The notes beneath the pieces were generated by a model. It made no database searches. It was not told the origin of the DNA and saw only the letters and a list, made by a program, of their open reading frames with translations. Both the position numbers and the translations under genes were made by a program. Positions 49,561 to 61,749 of a DNA stretch of 63,767 nucleotides are shown here, piece by piece. This stretch comes from Rhina ancylostomus (taxonomy: Eukaryota), in NCBI GenBank assembly GCA_030265395.1, contig JARFYF010000112.1:36587729-36651495 (forward strand), given 5' to 3'. The first letter of the stretch is position 1; each line of letters opens with the position of its first letter.

Positions 49561-49800
49561 AATAGCTGTTACTCCATTAACAACCAGCAGGCTTCTCTCA
49601 TTCTACTGGTATCTTTAATACTACTGTACAAATACCAAACAAGTATCCACATCCAAAGCATTCTGGTTATCTCTACACCATATTAAGATAGCTCCTGTTA
49701 TTATTTACGGATTTTCACCTGTTCATTTTTGGAATGGTAAAATCATCACCAAATAAACCTTTAATGCACCCCCATTTTGCCTTGGTTTGCAGGATTCACA

Positions 49801-49998
49801 AATTAAAAATCAGAGAGGTGCTGATAACTTGGGACTGATGCAATTGTTTAACCCCTTAATTGGCAACTGAAGAAACATCGTTGGTGGCTTGAATTTAGAA
49901 AGGACATTAAACCTTGCATGGAAAATTGCCAGTGGCCAATTGAGGGGTTAAACAATTGTATCAGTCCCAAGTCATCAGCATCTCTCTGATTTTTAATT
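49801..49998. repeat. 69-bp inverted repeat whose loop is an inverted copy of 50344-50406
   Basis: Arms 49801-49869 and 49930-49998 differ at 5 positions; 49868-49930 matches the reverse complement of the integrase segment at 58 of 63 positions. Confidence 0.92.
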
Positions 49999-49999
49999 A

Positions 50000-52900
50000 T
50001 GCATTAGCATGTGGTTCCATTGCTCCAGAGTAAGATGATACTATTAGTTCTATTGTTTACCATAACATTTTAGTTGTTTGATGCCATACCACTTCCTCCA
50101 GTGTCTTCCTCCAGTGTCTGACAGAATCAGATGCATCGAGAATGCTGTCATTACCTGAGGTGTGTCACTCCTGGAAGAAAAAGCCTCTTCCCACTTGGTG
50201 AAAGTGTCTGTAATCACTTAAATCCTCCCTTAGTGGTCCAACATAATTTATCTATGTGTTGGTCCAGGGGCCTTCCATTTACCCAGTGAGATGCAATTCC
50301 TCTTTCTGACCATATTTATCTGGATTACTATGGTTGCATATTAGGCAATTTTCCACATAAGGTTTAATGTCCTTCCTAAATTCAAGCCACCAACAATGTT
50401 TCTTCATAAGTGTTGCTGTGTTTTCTACCCCTGAATGTTTCTGCAGATCATGGCATTGGGAAATCATCTGATTTCTCTTCTGCACTAATACTAACTACAT
50501 AACTTCAATACTATACCGTGAAAGGTTCTTCCCCTTCACATATCCATGTGGCCAATCTTCCTGCTTCACCTTTGCTGATTGCTTATCCTAGCTCTATATC
50601 TCTACTAATTCCTCTGTTCTGGCAATCCCTGGTGCCTCCTCTTTTCACCTCATGTTCCCTTGGATCCTCATATGGTTACTTCACTTGCCCTTCTACTTCC
50701 TGGTGGAGGAGTACCCATTCACTTTAATTACCCCGCCTCCTCTTCCCCCTCTACAGGGGCAAGTATTCTGTCATGTCATTGCACACATACATTCCATCTG
50801 AATAAATGTTTACTGGATGGGGTAAAGCCTTGGAGTGTGCAAACAGATTTTGTAATTCTGCCAATTCTGCTTCCTGCACTTAGACTCCACTGTAATTAAA
50901 GAGGTATTTCTTCCTTTGTATCCCCATTCATTCCCATCCAGAATAAATCACATCCCACCAACTATGTCCTAAATTCAGCTGTCAAGGATCCATCGATAAA
51001 AATCTGTGTCCATATTTCCTCTTCGTCCTTATTTCCCTTTCTGTCCTTATTCTATTGGGGGCCAGTGTTGTCAACACAGAACACTCATGTGTCTTCCCTT
51101 GATAAACAAGTTTGGCTGATAAATTAAGGGAGAATTTTGTCTGAGTCACCTTAATGTCCTGCCCCTTTAAGAGGAAGGTCAATCAGGCTAACCTATTTTA
51201 GCTGACATTAAAGTCTTTCATGCATCCATCCATAAGTGCCTGTTTAGGGAAATGTCCCATTAAGATTGTTAGGGGCTTATTTCCATATGTAAAATGCTGC
51301 AATGCCTAAAATACAGCTGACATGTGCTTCTCACAGGTACTGAAGGTCTTTTCACCTAAGGATACTGGGCACAGACCAGCATGCTTCTTCTGCAACAGGA
51401 CGGCAGACAGTGATGCGCTGTACATGGCTATTTCTAAGGGAATGGGAAGTGAGGAATTCAGAACATTCAATGCCAGAACAGAGACCAGGGCTCACATCCT
51501 GTGCTAGGATGAGTCGTAGTCAAATGGTCGTTGATTCTTACAACACAGAAACAGGACTTTCAGCCAACTGGGTCTGCACCCGCCCATCAAGCACATACTT
51601 ACACTAATCTCACACTCATCATTTTATTCTCCCCACCTTCCCACCAACTTCTCCCCTGGTTCTACCACACTAGGAGCAAGTTACAGTGGCCAATTAACCT
51701 ACCAACCAGCATGTCTTTGGGATGGGGGAGGAGAACAGAGCACCCGGAAGAAAACCATGCAGTCACAGGGAGAATGTGCACAGTCCACACAGAAAGCACC
51801 CCAAGGTCAGGATTGACCTGGGTCACTGGAGCTTTGAGGCTGCAGCTCTACTATGCACTGTGACACTCCTTTTTTAAGAATAGAATGCAGACTGTAGCCC
51901 TAATCTTCTGTTTTTCCTGTGCTAATACAAAACTGAGGCATGTAACCGTGACTGGAGCCATTTTACTATTAACCTTCACTTCTGACATTACTGGTAAATT
52001 TAATAACTCATCTAGCAACAAATAACATTGTTTCTTTTTTCATTTCCACCTCATACTTAACCATATATACCAGCTGCCAAAACTCTTGAAGGCTCATTGC
52101 TAATGTTGATGAAAGAGAGAAAGGTGTGTCGAAACCCTGGGGCAAGCAGGTCTGGGTGTATTATTGTCCTGTAAAGGTGAATGCAAATTTATATTGGCAT
52201 TCTTCAGCCAATGGTACGAAATATGATACTAATATTCACAGCTGTGAGCTGCTGGATATCCAGCTGTTTCAGAGTTGGTTGCCATGATAGGGGCAATCAA
52301 GGTGTGACCTTATTCTTCTTCTGGTAATTAATGTTTAAGCTCCAGAACCCATACAATTTCCTCACTGGAATGACGAGTGGACATCACAGTGATTAGCAAT
52401 CCCTGTTGCAAAAGACTGTTGAACAATTTTCCTTGGCTTTTAGGGAACAGTATATTGTATTTCCATGGGCGGATTAGGTCCCTCAGTCAACACTTCTCCC
52501 TCTATTTTCCTGCAGTCATGCATATGTACAGCAAACATCTTCAGTATTTCCTGAGCTCCCTAGTCTTCAGATGTCACTACAGCATCAGCTGACATGCACA
52601 CTCTACCCTGGTAACTACTTGCATTAATCCATCCATGTGTCAAGTCCAACTCAGATACTTTTCACACCTAGCAATTAGCAACATCAAAAGCTAGTCCTTC
52701 TTTCTGCATTAAATCAATCCCATTTTCTTCTTTAGCATCAGTGGTCATCACAATACATTGATAGTTAAACCATTATGGCACCAATGAAAGTGGAAAGAGT
52801 AGCATTTGCTTTCTGGCTGTTAAGCTGCTAAGAGTAATTGTTTCAGATGTCAGAAAGTTGGGGTGATAGGGTCTATTCCCAGTCTGAATTCCATGCAACT

Positions 52901-54350
52901 CTCAATCCCATAGGAATTTAGCAGATGACTGTTGGTGCCAATAAGGATGTCTTTCCCCCAATGTACATTTTCTAAGGCCTGAGTCATTGGCTGGGGGCAG
53001 AGCCACCACTGGGGGTCTCCCATCCTTCCACCATTACCAGGGCCATGGGAGAAGTTCCTTCAGTATTACGCTCTTCTGAGGGCTCTTGTTGGAAGTCTCA
53101 GGGTGTCCCTTCCTGGGCTCATGCCTGGCAGTCCTGGAGTCTTGGGCAGTGTCCCTGTCTTCCGCAATTAAAGCACATTCCTTGTTGGGGGGAGATTAAA
53201 CTGGGTCATACCAGGATGCTGGTCCTTTGCATACGAAGGCTGTGATCCCCTTGTTGATTGCAGTCCTCTTTGCCCTAACAGTAATCTTTCATTTTCCCAA
53301 GTCATTTGGCTCTGATGGAAGGTGTGTATCCTTCCCTGTTTTCCTTATTTTTGTCAGCTGTTTCATTTCTTGTCCCTAATCTTCTTTCCCAGGCCTTAGT
53401 TATTCAGTGGAGAGACCATCTCTCAACAAGATTCTGATCCTCAGGAATACACACCTCACAGTCTTTGCAGCTATTTTCATTTGAGTGAGCTTTGAGTGTC
53501 CTTACCCACCTGGCTAAGTTAGTCCCTAAACTCTGTTGATTCAAACTTGGTCCGTAAACAACATCAAAATCATCCCAGAACCAACTAGCAAATATTACAG
53601 GGAGTTAGTGTGGGCCCTGCTGGCACTCTTGTAACACTAGCCATGGGATTGTGTTTATTCAGCCACACTTGCCACTCCATCTCACACACGGTCCCTTTCT
53701 CTCTTTCCTGAGGCTATAACAAAATCAGGTCCACACACATGCCCAGCAGCTTAACCTTGTCTGTACAATCAAGTCCATGCCTAGCCCAGAACTGAGTAAC
53801 TGCTGCAAAGGTAGCTAATAGCAAAACAGCACTGGAGCATGGCGGCTCTTTGCTAGCTGCTTTCAGCAATCTATTCATTACATTCATTATAATTGTTCTA
53901 CTCTTTTAAATCTCAATTCAAAGCTTTAACTGGTGCACTATGTTCTGAATTCTGTTTTCCTTTTTACTACCTCTGTGTACTTATGTATGGCATGCAAATA
54001 AAATCTCTTCACTGTTTCTCAGTACGTGTGACAATTGTGAATGTTGTATCTCTAATGCTTTGTGCCTGTGATGCTGCTGCAAGTAAGCTTTTCATTGCAC
54101 CTGTGCATACATGTACTTGTGCACATGACAATAAACTTGACTTTGACTTTGGCTCTGACTTTAAGTAATAAACCAATAGCAATAATGGGTCCCCCCCCCA
54201 AACCTTTTAATTTTGGGACATGACAGTTTGGTGAGATTATACAGCACAGTGTAAATTAGTGTTTTAACTTCTTGACCATCCACAGATGATTCCTTCTCAA
54301 AGTTTTTATTGACATGTTGGATTCTAATGTAGGCTGATCTTCCTGGGATG
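50000..54350 (-). mobile_element. Degenerate endogenous retrovirus-like element (gag-pro-RT-tether-RNase H-IN), interrupted by SINE/LINE fragments
   Basis: Gag knuckle CFNCGRQGH (about 53150-53175); RT ECQYKFAFTFTGQ*YTQTCLPQGF (about 52130-52205); tether CEKHMSAVF*ALQHF (about 51290-51335); RNase H FIDGS...AELA (about 50860-51000); IN HHCC HDLQKHSG...WW...CLIC and GPWTN...TDTFTKWEEAF (about 50180-50480). No LTRs recognised. Confidence 0.8.
51538..51865 (-). mobile_element. V-SINE inserted in the ERV-like pol
   Basis: Full head/V/tail reverse complement lying between the RT and tether regions. Confidence 0.8.
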
Positions 54351-54419
54351 AGTATGATCTCACATCCTTATCATCGTCCCCCCATCACATCGACTCACTT
54401 CATCTGCCAGATCATTCCA

Positions 54420-54720
54420 GTTCAGATGAGCAGATGCAGGGGCAAGCAATTGAAGTTGAACAAGCAAAAGTTGAAGCTTGAAATGAAGGTGGTCTCCTTC
54501 ATGGGTGACCTGATCACCATTTATGATCTGAAGCCAGATCCAGCGAAAGTCAAGGCAGCAAAGGAGGGGAGTGAGCCTGACAGATGTGCAACATTTTCTG
54601 GGCTTCATCATCTGACCGATCAATCTTTGTGTGAGCTGCTGAGACAGTTGACCATGTGGGTGTGGAATGGATGCTCATCATCAAGCAGTCAAACAAGTTA
54701 AGGGGAGAGTGCAAGTGCAA
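54420..54720 (+). mobile_element. Gypsy RT fragment
   Basis: RCRGKQLKLNKQKLKLEMKVVSFMGDLIT..DLKPDPAKVKA. Confidence 0.7.
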
Positions 54721-55117
54721 ATGATGTGAGACTTTGATGAAGCAGAGCTGACACTATGAGCAGACACCTCTGAACAGAGTCTTGCAGAGTCATCTAAATA
54801 GCACACGAGTTAAGTGCTGAGGGACACAGAAAGGCATTGCACACAAACTACAAAGGAAATATTTGCCATAATCTTGCTGTGCCACATCAGGAGGATATCC
54901 AAGGGGCGTGCTTGGTTGAAGCTGATGTAAAAGATTACCACATTTACCCTGCAGAGCAAGAACACCACATCTAGATAACAGATCCCCAGTGAACTGCAAC
55001 CTGTTAGAACCAGGTCTGGAAAAATTTTCCGTTGACCCAAATATCTGGAAGTACCATTATTTATTAGTTTAAATTACTGCCTATCCTCCAGAATCTTAGA
55101 AGGAGACCCTGATAGAG

Positions 55118-55405
55118 TTGTGTAGCGTAGTGATTAGCGTAACACTTTACAGCGCCAGCAGCCCGTGTTCAATTCTGGCCACTGTCTGCAAGGAGTTTGT
55201 ACATTCTCCCTGTGTCTACATGAGTTTCCTCCTGGTGTTCCGGTTTCCTCCTACATTTCAAAGACATATAGGTTAGGAAGTTGTGGGCATGCTATGTTGG
55301 CGCCAGAAATATGCCGACACACGCGGGCTGCCCCCAGAACACTCCATGCAAAAGATGCATTTCACTCTGTGTTTCGATGTACATGTGGCTAATAAAGATA
55401 TCTTA
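55118..55405 (+). mobile_element. V-SINE (different tail subfamily)
   Basis: gtgtagcgtagtgattagc...gtgttcaattctggcc...cggtttcctcctacatttcaaagac...ctaataaagatatc. Confidence 0.8.
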
Positions 55406-57316
55406 ATTTTTCTTAAATCTTAAATGTCCTGAAATAGTTCCCAGAACAAAGTTGAGAAGCACAGCAAGCAGATTCCAATCACTAAATAATACCAATCACA
55501 AAAGGACATCATTCCTCATTGGCGCAATCTATGCATCATTCAGTAAATTGATTTGCATGAAACCACCTAATGAATCAATTGGCAGGAAGAAACCCTATGA
55601 ATTTATTAGCCCGTCAATCTTACCTGTGTTTGGATTCTAACAGAACTTCATTGAATGCATTGACTCTCTAGACTTGCCCTTTTCCTAACCTATAACTTTT
55701 GTTTATTCTTCTTTATTATCTTGATTTAGCACCTCTGACCTGAGATTCAGTCACTTTGCAAAAGGCCACATTCTTTCCGACATTCTGTTTGATGAGCTGA
55801 TTGCATGAATTTACAAAACTCCTCATAGTTTTCATCCTTCAATTAAAAAATAAAACTATTTGCTGAAAAAACTGGAGAGAAGACGGATGTTTTGTGGACA
55901 GCCTCCTGGGGAAGTGTACAAGATGTTCTGCAGTGTTGCTCCAAGTGGAAATTTCACTCAGCTACAGTGGGGAATCATGGTGAGATTGAATCATGGTGAG
56001 ATGTACCAGTGGACGTGGGAGTGGACTACATGTTCATATAGCACCAGTTATCAAGCAGAGGCAAAATTGTCCAACACTAGTTAAAGATCACGGCACCATG
56101 CAGTCATAGCTGAGTAACTATTGTAGAGCAGGTAAACCATATGGATGTACAACTGAAGAAAGTTGAACAGGAAAAACGCTGACAAACATTCAACTATGTA
56201 ACTCATGATATGTCCAAGTCCAGAGTCTACACAATAGCAGGTTACAATATGATAGCTGTTTGGTACAGAAACATTTAATCATCACACAAATCCTTTACAA
56301 AAATACCAACAGATGAATTTTGCCCTCTCTTTAATGCTGTCAAACCATAAAGCTGTATATTGGAGACATCTGCCATCAGACAGGCCTTATGAAAGAAAAT
56401 TCCTATCTTCTTTGTGAGGACATCTTCTTCCATACTATTATGTGTAGATCAAGCAGCCCATAATTGCTCATCAATGCAGAATTACAGATCAACACAACCT
56501 GTAACCTTATGGCCAAGTATATCCCTCACCCTCCAGCACCATCAGGCCAGATCACCAATTCTATTGAATTCAGAGGATCAAGGACCACATTGGAAAGAGA
56601 ACAAGAGTAAAGTATGTGCCCAGTGAAGCCAGTACTGGTGAGTAGCTGTATCCAATGTCAAAGGTAGGAGTGTATAGGCAGCTGAACAACCACAAGTTTG
56701 AACAAGCCTGTTGTCCCTTCTACGCCAGTAAATAGCAGTCGTGGGCAAAAAAAGGAAACTAAATGGTGTCCCTGTACAAAAACATGAGTACTAAAAAACA
56801 AGGCTGAAGTGTTGGCTCAGTAGGAAACATTAAGTAGTATCCAGAAGCACTCCAGAGATGCTGGCGCATCTCAGCAGAGACTGGGGCTCAGCCCTTGGCA
56901 TTGCTGCTTTNNNNNNNNNNNNNNNNNNNNGTATGGTGCTTCTTGAGGAGAACGTTAACTTAAGTCTTTCATTCATAAACCAAATGAATCCCAGGCAAAG
57001 GGAGATTTACACAGCCACAACACTCCTGCCTATTAACAGACTTTAGTTTCCCTCAAACTTCGTATTCTGCAGCCATTTCATCAATTGGGCTGTCGACATG
57101 GAATTAGGCCAGATTCCCAGGAATCTGTGTATTGTTGCTACCAGGCTGTAATTTAGGATGAATCAGGTAAATCATCTTGAGATTAAACCACAAGATGTTT
57201 ATGATTAGTTGCTCCTACTTACTGGGATATATTGCATCAATTCATTGGGTCAAGGTGAGCCATTAATTTTGGCTGATGTTGACACCAGTGACACATGAAT
57301 TGCAAATACATCATAC

Positions 57317-60300
57317 TGTCATGGTTCCGAGTGCTGGCCCTCGATGCAGCTCCATTGATGGTGCCTTGCCGTGCAGCACATGGATTCCATGCACTACTAA
57401 TCGCATAATAACACACACCTGAGCCCCATCAGGGGACTAGCATAAGAACTCTGGTTTTACTAGCACTAGTTGCCAGAGTATTAGTCAGCCTTTGGGTATA
57501 CTTTGTCTCCTGGCTGTTTAGAACAGGCAACTCTAGAGCAGTCCTGGTTTTGCTGTTCCTCTTAGGATATCCAGTTTCCATGTTGGGACTCTGCCTCAGA
57601 GCCCTGAGGCAAGATTCCTTCTGGTCGCTACCTGTGTTTGGTTCCGAGGAAGCATCCCAACTCCGGTCTTGTACCAGTGCACTGCATTTGGGTTCTCTGC
57701 GGGCTTGCTCTTTGCTTGACATTGTGTCAGAATACTCTCTGGCCACCATGACCCAGTGGATGTGAGTTCCCTGCCAGAAGCCCTCACCAGCCAAGGTTTA
57801 CTTCTGGGCTGGCATGACCAGCAGCTCCAGGAGGTTATGGCAGACTTCTATACCCTTACTGTGACTGTTGGGCAGCTCAGTGAACAGGTTGGCTGAGTCT
57901 CTGCTCTCCTTGCCTCTTCCACTCCAGGAATTCTGTCTGATCAGCCCCGACAATCAGTAAGAGCATCACCCTATGGTTTGATGAACCAACCACCCAAGGG
58001 ACTGCACATACCTGACCCAGAACCCTACACTGGGGATCTGGAAAAATGCTGGTCCTTACTGCAATGCTCATTAGTATTTGAGCAGCAGCCCTCCATGTAC
58101 ACCACTGAGAGATCCAAGATTGCATTTATCGTAGGATTTTTGTGAGGAAGTGTGCTGGAATGGGCCACTGCCAGCTGGGCTAATCAGCCAGAGACCTGCT
58201 ATTCATTTCACACCTTTATCAAGGAAATGAGAAAGATCTTTGATCATCCCATCATAGGAAAAGAGGCAGCCAAGTGACTACTCACTCTCTGTCAGGGCTC
58301 CTGCAGTGTTGCAGAATACTTTGTGGAGTTCTGGATGTTAGTGGCTGACTTGGGGTGGAATGGGGAGGCTCTCCAGGGTGTTTCTCGGCAAGGCCTCATT
58401 GACAGGATTAAGGATGAGTTGGCAGCATGGGGTGAGACAACCAGCCTGGAAGCTTTCATCTTGCCAGCCATTAGGCTGGACAACTGACTCTGGGAACGGC
58501 AGAGAGGGAGGACAGTTCGTCCAACACCTCTATTCACCCCACAGGTCACCTTCCCAGCCTCTCCTGGCCTGAGCCTCTCTGCTCCTTCCACTCTGGTTTG
58601 GATCAGAAACTGCACCCCTGTGCTATTTTTCTTGCTGGTTGTCCCCTGCTGAACGTAATTGCAACATGAGGAACCAGGAGTTACTAACAGTCAAACTTGC
58701 GTTAGAGGAGTGGAGGCACTCTCTGGAGGGAGCAGAACATCTGTTTATCATTTGGAACATGGAAACACTGCTGTCCTCACCATTGTGGACTGCTTTTCCA
58801 AAGCAGTGCATTTTGTGGCCCTTTCCAAACTCCCTACTGCTTGGGAGAGAGCCATCCTGCTCTTCCAACATGTCTTCTGCCTCCACGGAACCCCTGCAGA
58901 CATTGTCTCCGACTGGGGTCCCCAGTTTGTCTCTGCAGTATGGAGGTCCTTCTCGTCAGGCCCTTGGAACATCCGTTAGCCTATCGTCTGGTTTTCATCC
59001 ATAAATGAAAAGTCAAACAGAACGGGTGAATCAGGATTTGGAAACAGCATGACACTGCATAATGGTGAATGACCCGTCGACATGGAGCACCCACCTCGTT
59101 TGGGTTGAGTACGCCTACAATTCTCTGGTCTGCACTGTCACTGGAAGATCCCACTTCGAATGCTCACTCTGTTACCAACCCCCTCTGTTCTCCATCCATG
59201 AAGGGGATATCGCCATGCCCTCAGTTCAGGACCATCTTTGCTGTTGCCACAAGGTCTGGAAGGACACGTGTGGCCCTGCTCCATACTGCTGACCGCAGCC
59301 GGAGATTCGCTGATTGTCGGCAGGTTCCTGCGCCAGTGGAGCAGCCTGGGCAGAAGGTTTAGCTCTCGGCTAAGGACATCCCCCTCAAGGACTAGCTCCT
59401 TGCTTCTTGGGACCTTTTGAAATTGAGCGGATAGTCAATCCCACAACAGTCCGGCTCAAATTGCCTATGACTCTGAGGATACATCCCACTTTCCAGTGTC
59501 TCAGTTGAAGCCGGTGGCTAGCAGTCCATTGTGCCCTTCAGCCAAGCACCCTCCACTCCCCCTGGATTGTTGATGACCACCCAGCATACACTGTCTGCTG
59601 TTTACTGAATGTACACCACCGGGGTAGGGGCCTGCAGTACTTGGTGGATTGGGAGGGATACGGTCCAGAGGAATGTTCCTGGGTTCCTCACTCCTTCATT
59701 TTGGACCCCTCCCTAATTCAGGACTTCCATTGGAACCATCCAGACGAGCCCAGTGGGTTGCCGAGCAGCTCCCATTGAAGGGGGTGGGTACTGTCATGGT
59801 TCTGAGTACCGGCCCTCTATTTGACTCCTTTGCCTTGTTGTACAGCACATGGATTCCATGCTGGACTGATTGCATAACAACACACCCATCAGGGGCCTAG
59901 CATAAGTACCTGGGTTTCTCTAGCACTAGTTGCCAGAGTATTGGTCAACCTTCAGGTATACNNNNNNNNNNNNNNNNNNNNNNNNNNNNNNNNNNNNNNN
60001 NNNNNNNNNNNNNNNNNNNNNNNNNNNNNNNNNNNNNNNNNNNNNNNNNNNNNNNNNNNNNTTGATGGTGCCTTGTTGTGCAGCACATGGATTCCATGCA
60101 CTACTAATCGCATAATGACACACACCTGAGCCCCATCAGGGGACTAGCATAAGAACCCTGGTTTACTAGCACTAGTTGCCAGAGTATTGGTTGACCTTTG
60201 GGTATATTGGCTCCTGGCTGCTTAGAGCTGTCAACTCTAGAGCAGTTCCGGTTTCGCTGTTCCTCTTAGGATATCCCATTTCTGTGTTGGGACTCTGCCT

Positions 60301-60433
60301 CAGAGCCCCAAGGCAAGATTCCTTCTGGTCACCACCTGCGTTTGGTTCTGAGGAAGCATCCCGACTCCAGTCTTGTACCAGTGTGCCACATTTGGGTTCT
60401 CCGCGGGCTTGATCTTTGCTTGACATTGTGTCA
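57317..60433 (+). mobile_element. Ty3/Gypsy chromovirus (Tf1/sushi group), internally deleted, 5-bp TSD CATAC
   Basis: TG...CA 5' LTR 57317-57729; sushi-like gag; RNase H LSPAERN...LALEEWRH; [15 protein letters not shown]; chromodomain [19 protein letters not shown]; PPT gaagggggtggg before the LTR at 59792; last LTR ends at 60433; CATAC at 57312-57316 and 60434-60438. PR and RT are missing. Confidence 0.93.
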
Positions 60434-61284
60434 CATACTGAATTTTTGCAAAACCCAAAAAGAAAAACCTTAATTTTGCTTCCTAATTGCTTCATCACTT
60501 TCTCTTTCTTTATTAGGAGAGTAAATGGAAAGGTGTTTATTTCTTTGAGATTCTGTAGAATGGGAGGCATTGGGAAAGAACCTCATCCATTGAAATTCAG
60601 CAGAGTGAAGGGTAAACAAAAGGATTTCCTTCCATTCAGATCCTATACATTGGGAGTGATCAGGAAGTGTGTTTTGTCCATTGGGATTCTGTACAATAAG
60701 AATGAATGGGGAGAGGATTTGGTCCATTGAGACTTTAACTGTATTAATGAACAAGGGGAGGTTTAAACCTATAGTTATTAACCATAACTATTACCCATTT
60801 TTTTAACATCCTGCAACTCACCCAAGGATTGTGGTTCACAATTTAGAAACCAATGGCTTAGGTCACATGGATTCCATATGATGAGAGTGAATAGAAAAGG
60901 TTTGCTCCATTGGAATTCCATGCAATGGCAGGTAGAGAGCAACATTTGGTCTACTGGGAAAGGAAAGAGGATTTAGTTCAATGGGATTCAATACCATGGG
61001 AGGGAATTGGTGGCTTTGTCTCATTTGGGGTTTTCTACAAAGGGAGCAAAAAAGAAAGGTGTTTTGTCCCTTTAGATTCCACACAAAGGGAATAAATAGA
61101 AAGCAATTTGGATCCCAGACATCCTTCTCAACAGGAGTGGAATCCACTATAATTCCAGACAATGATTTTTATGAATTGTTAAAAATGCAGCAGGAGTTGG
61201 CCATTTGACCCCAATCTGTTGTAACATCAACCCCTCATTCTCATGTACTTGCAGCAAGCTTTCACTCCCTTGCTTAGCAAGGAC

Positions 61285-61740
61285 TCGAGGGCCTGAGTTA
61301 TAGGGAGAGGTGGAGAGGTTAGGACTTTATTCATAGGAGCGTAGAAGACAGAGGGGTGAACTTACAGAGGTGTATAAAATCATGAGGGGCATAGACAGGG
61401 TGAACGCATAGTCTTTTTCCCAGGGAAAGAAAGTCAAAAACTAGAGGACATAAGTTTAAGGTGAGAGGGGAAAGATTTAAAAGAGAACTGAGGGGCAACT
61501 TCTTCACACAGAGGGTGGTGTGTATATAGATCAAGCTGCCAGAGAAAGTGATTGAGCCAAGTACAATAACAATATTCAAAAGACATTTGGATAGGTACAT
61601 GGATAGGAAAGGTTTAGAGGGATATGGGCCAAACACAGGCCAATGGAACTGGCTTAGATGGGCACCTTGTTCAGCATGGACAAGTTGAGCTAAAGGGTTC
61701 GTTTCCATGCTGTATTGCACTATGAATCCATGACTCTATG
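61285..61740 (+). mobile_element. CR1 LINE 3' end
   Basis: agttatagggagagg...actagaggacataagtttaagg...ttccatgctgtat...tgactctatg. Confidence 0.9.
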
Positions 61741-61749
61741 AAAATACTC

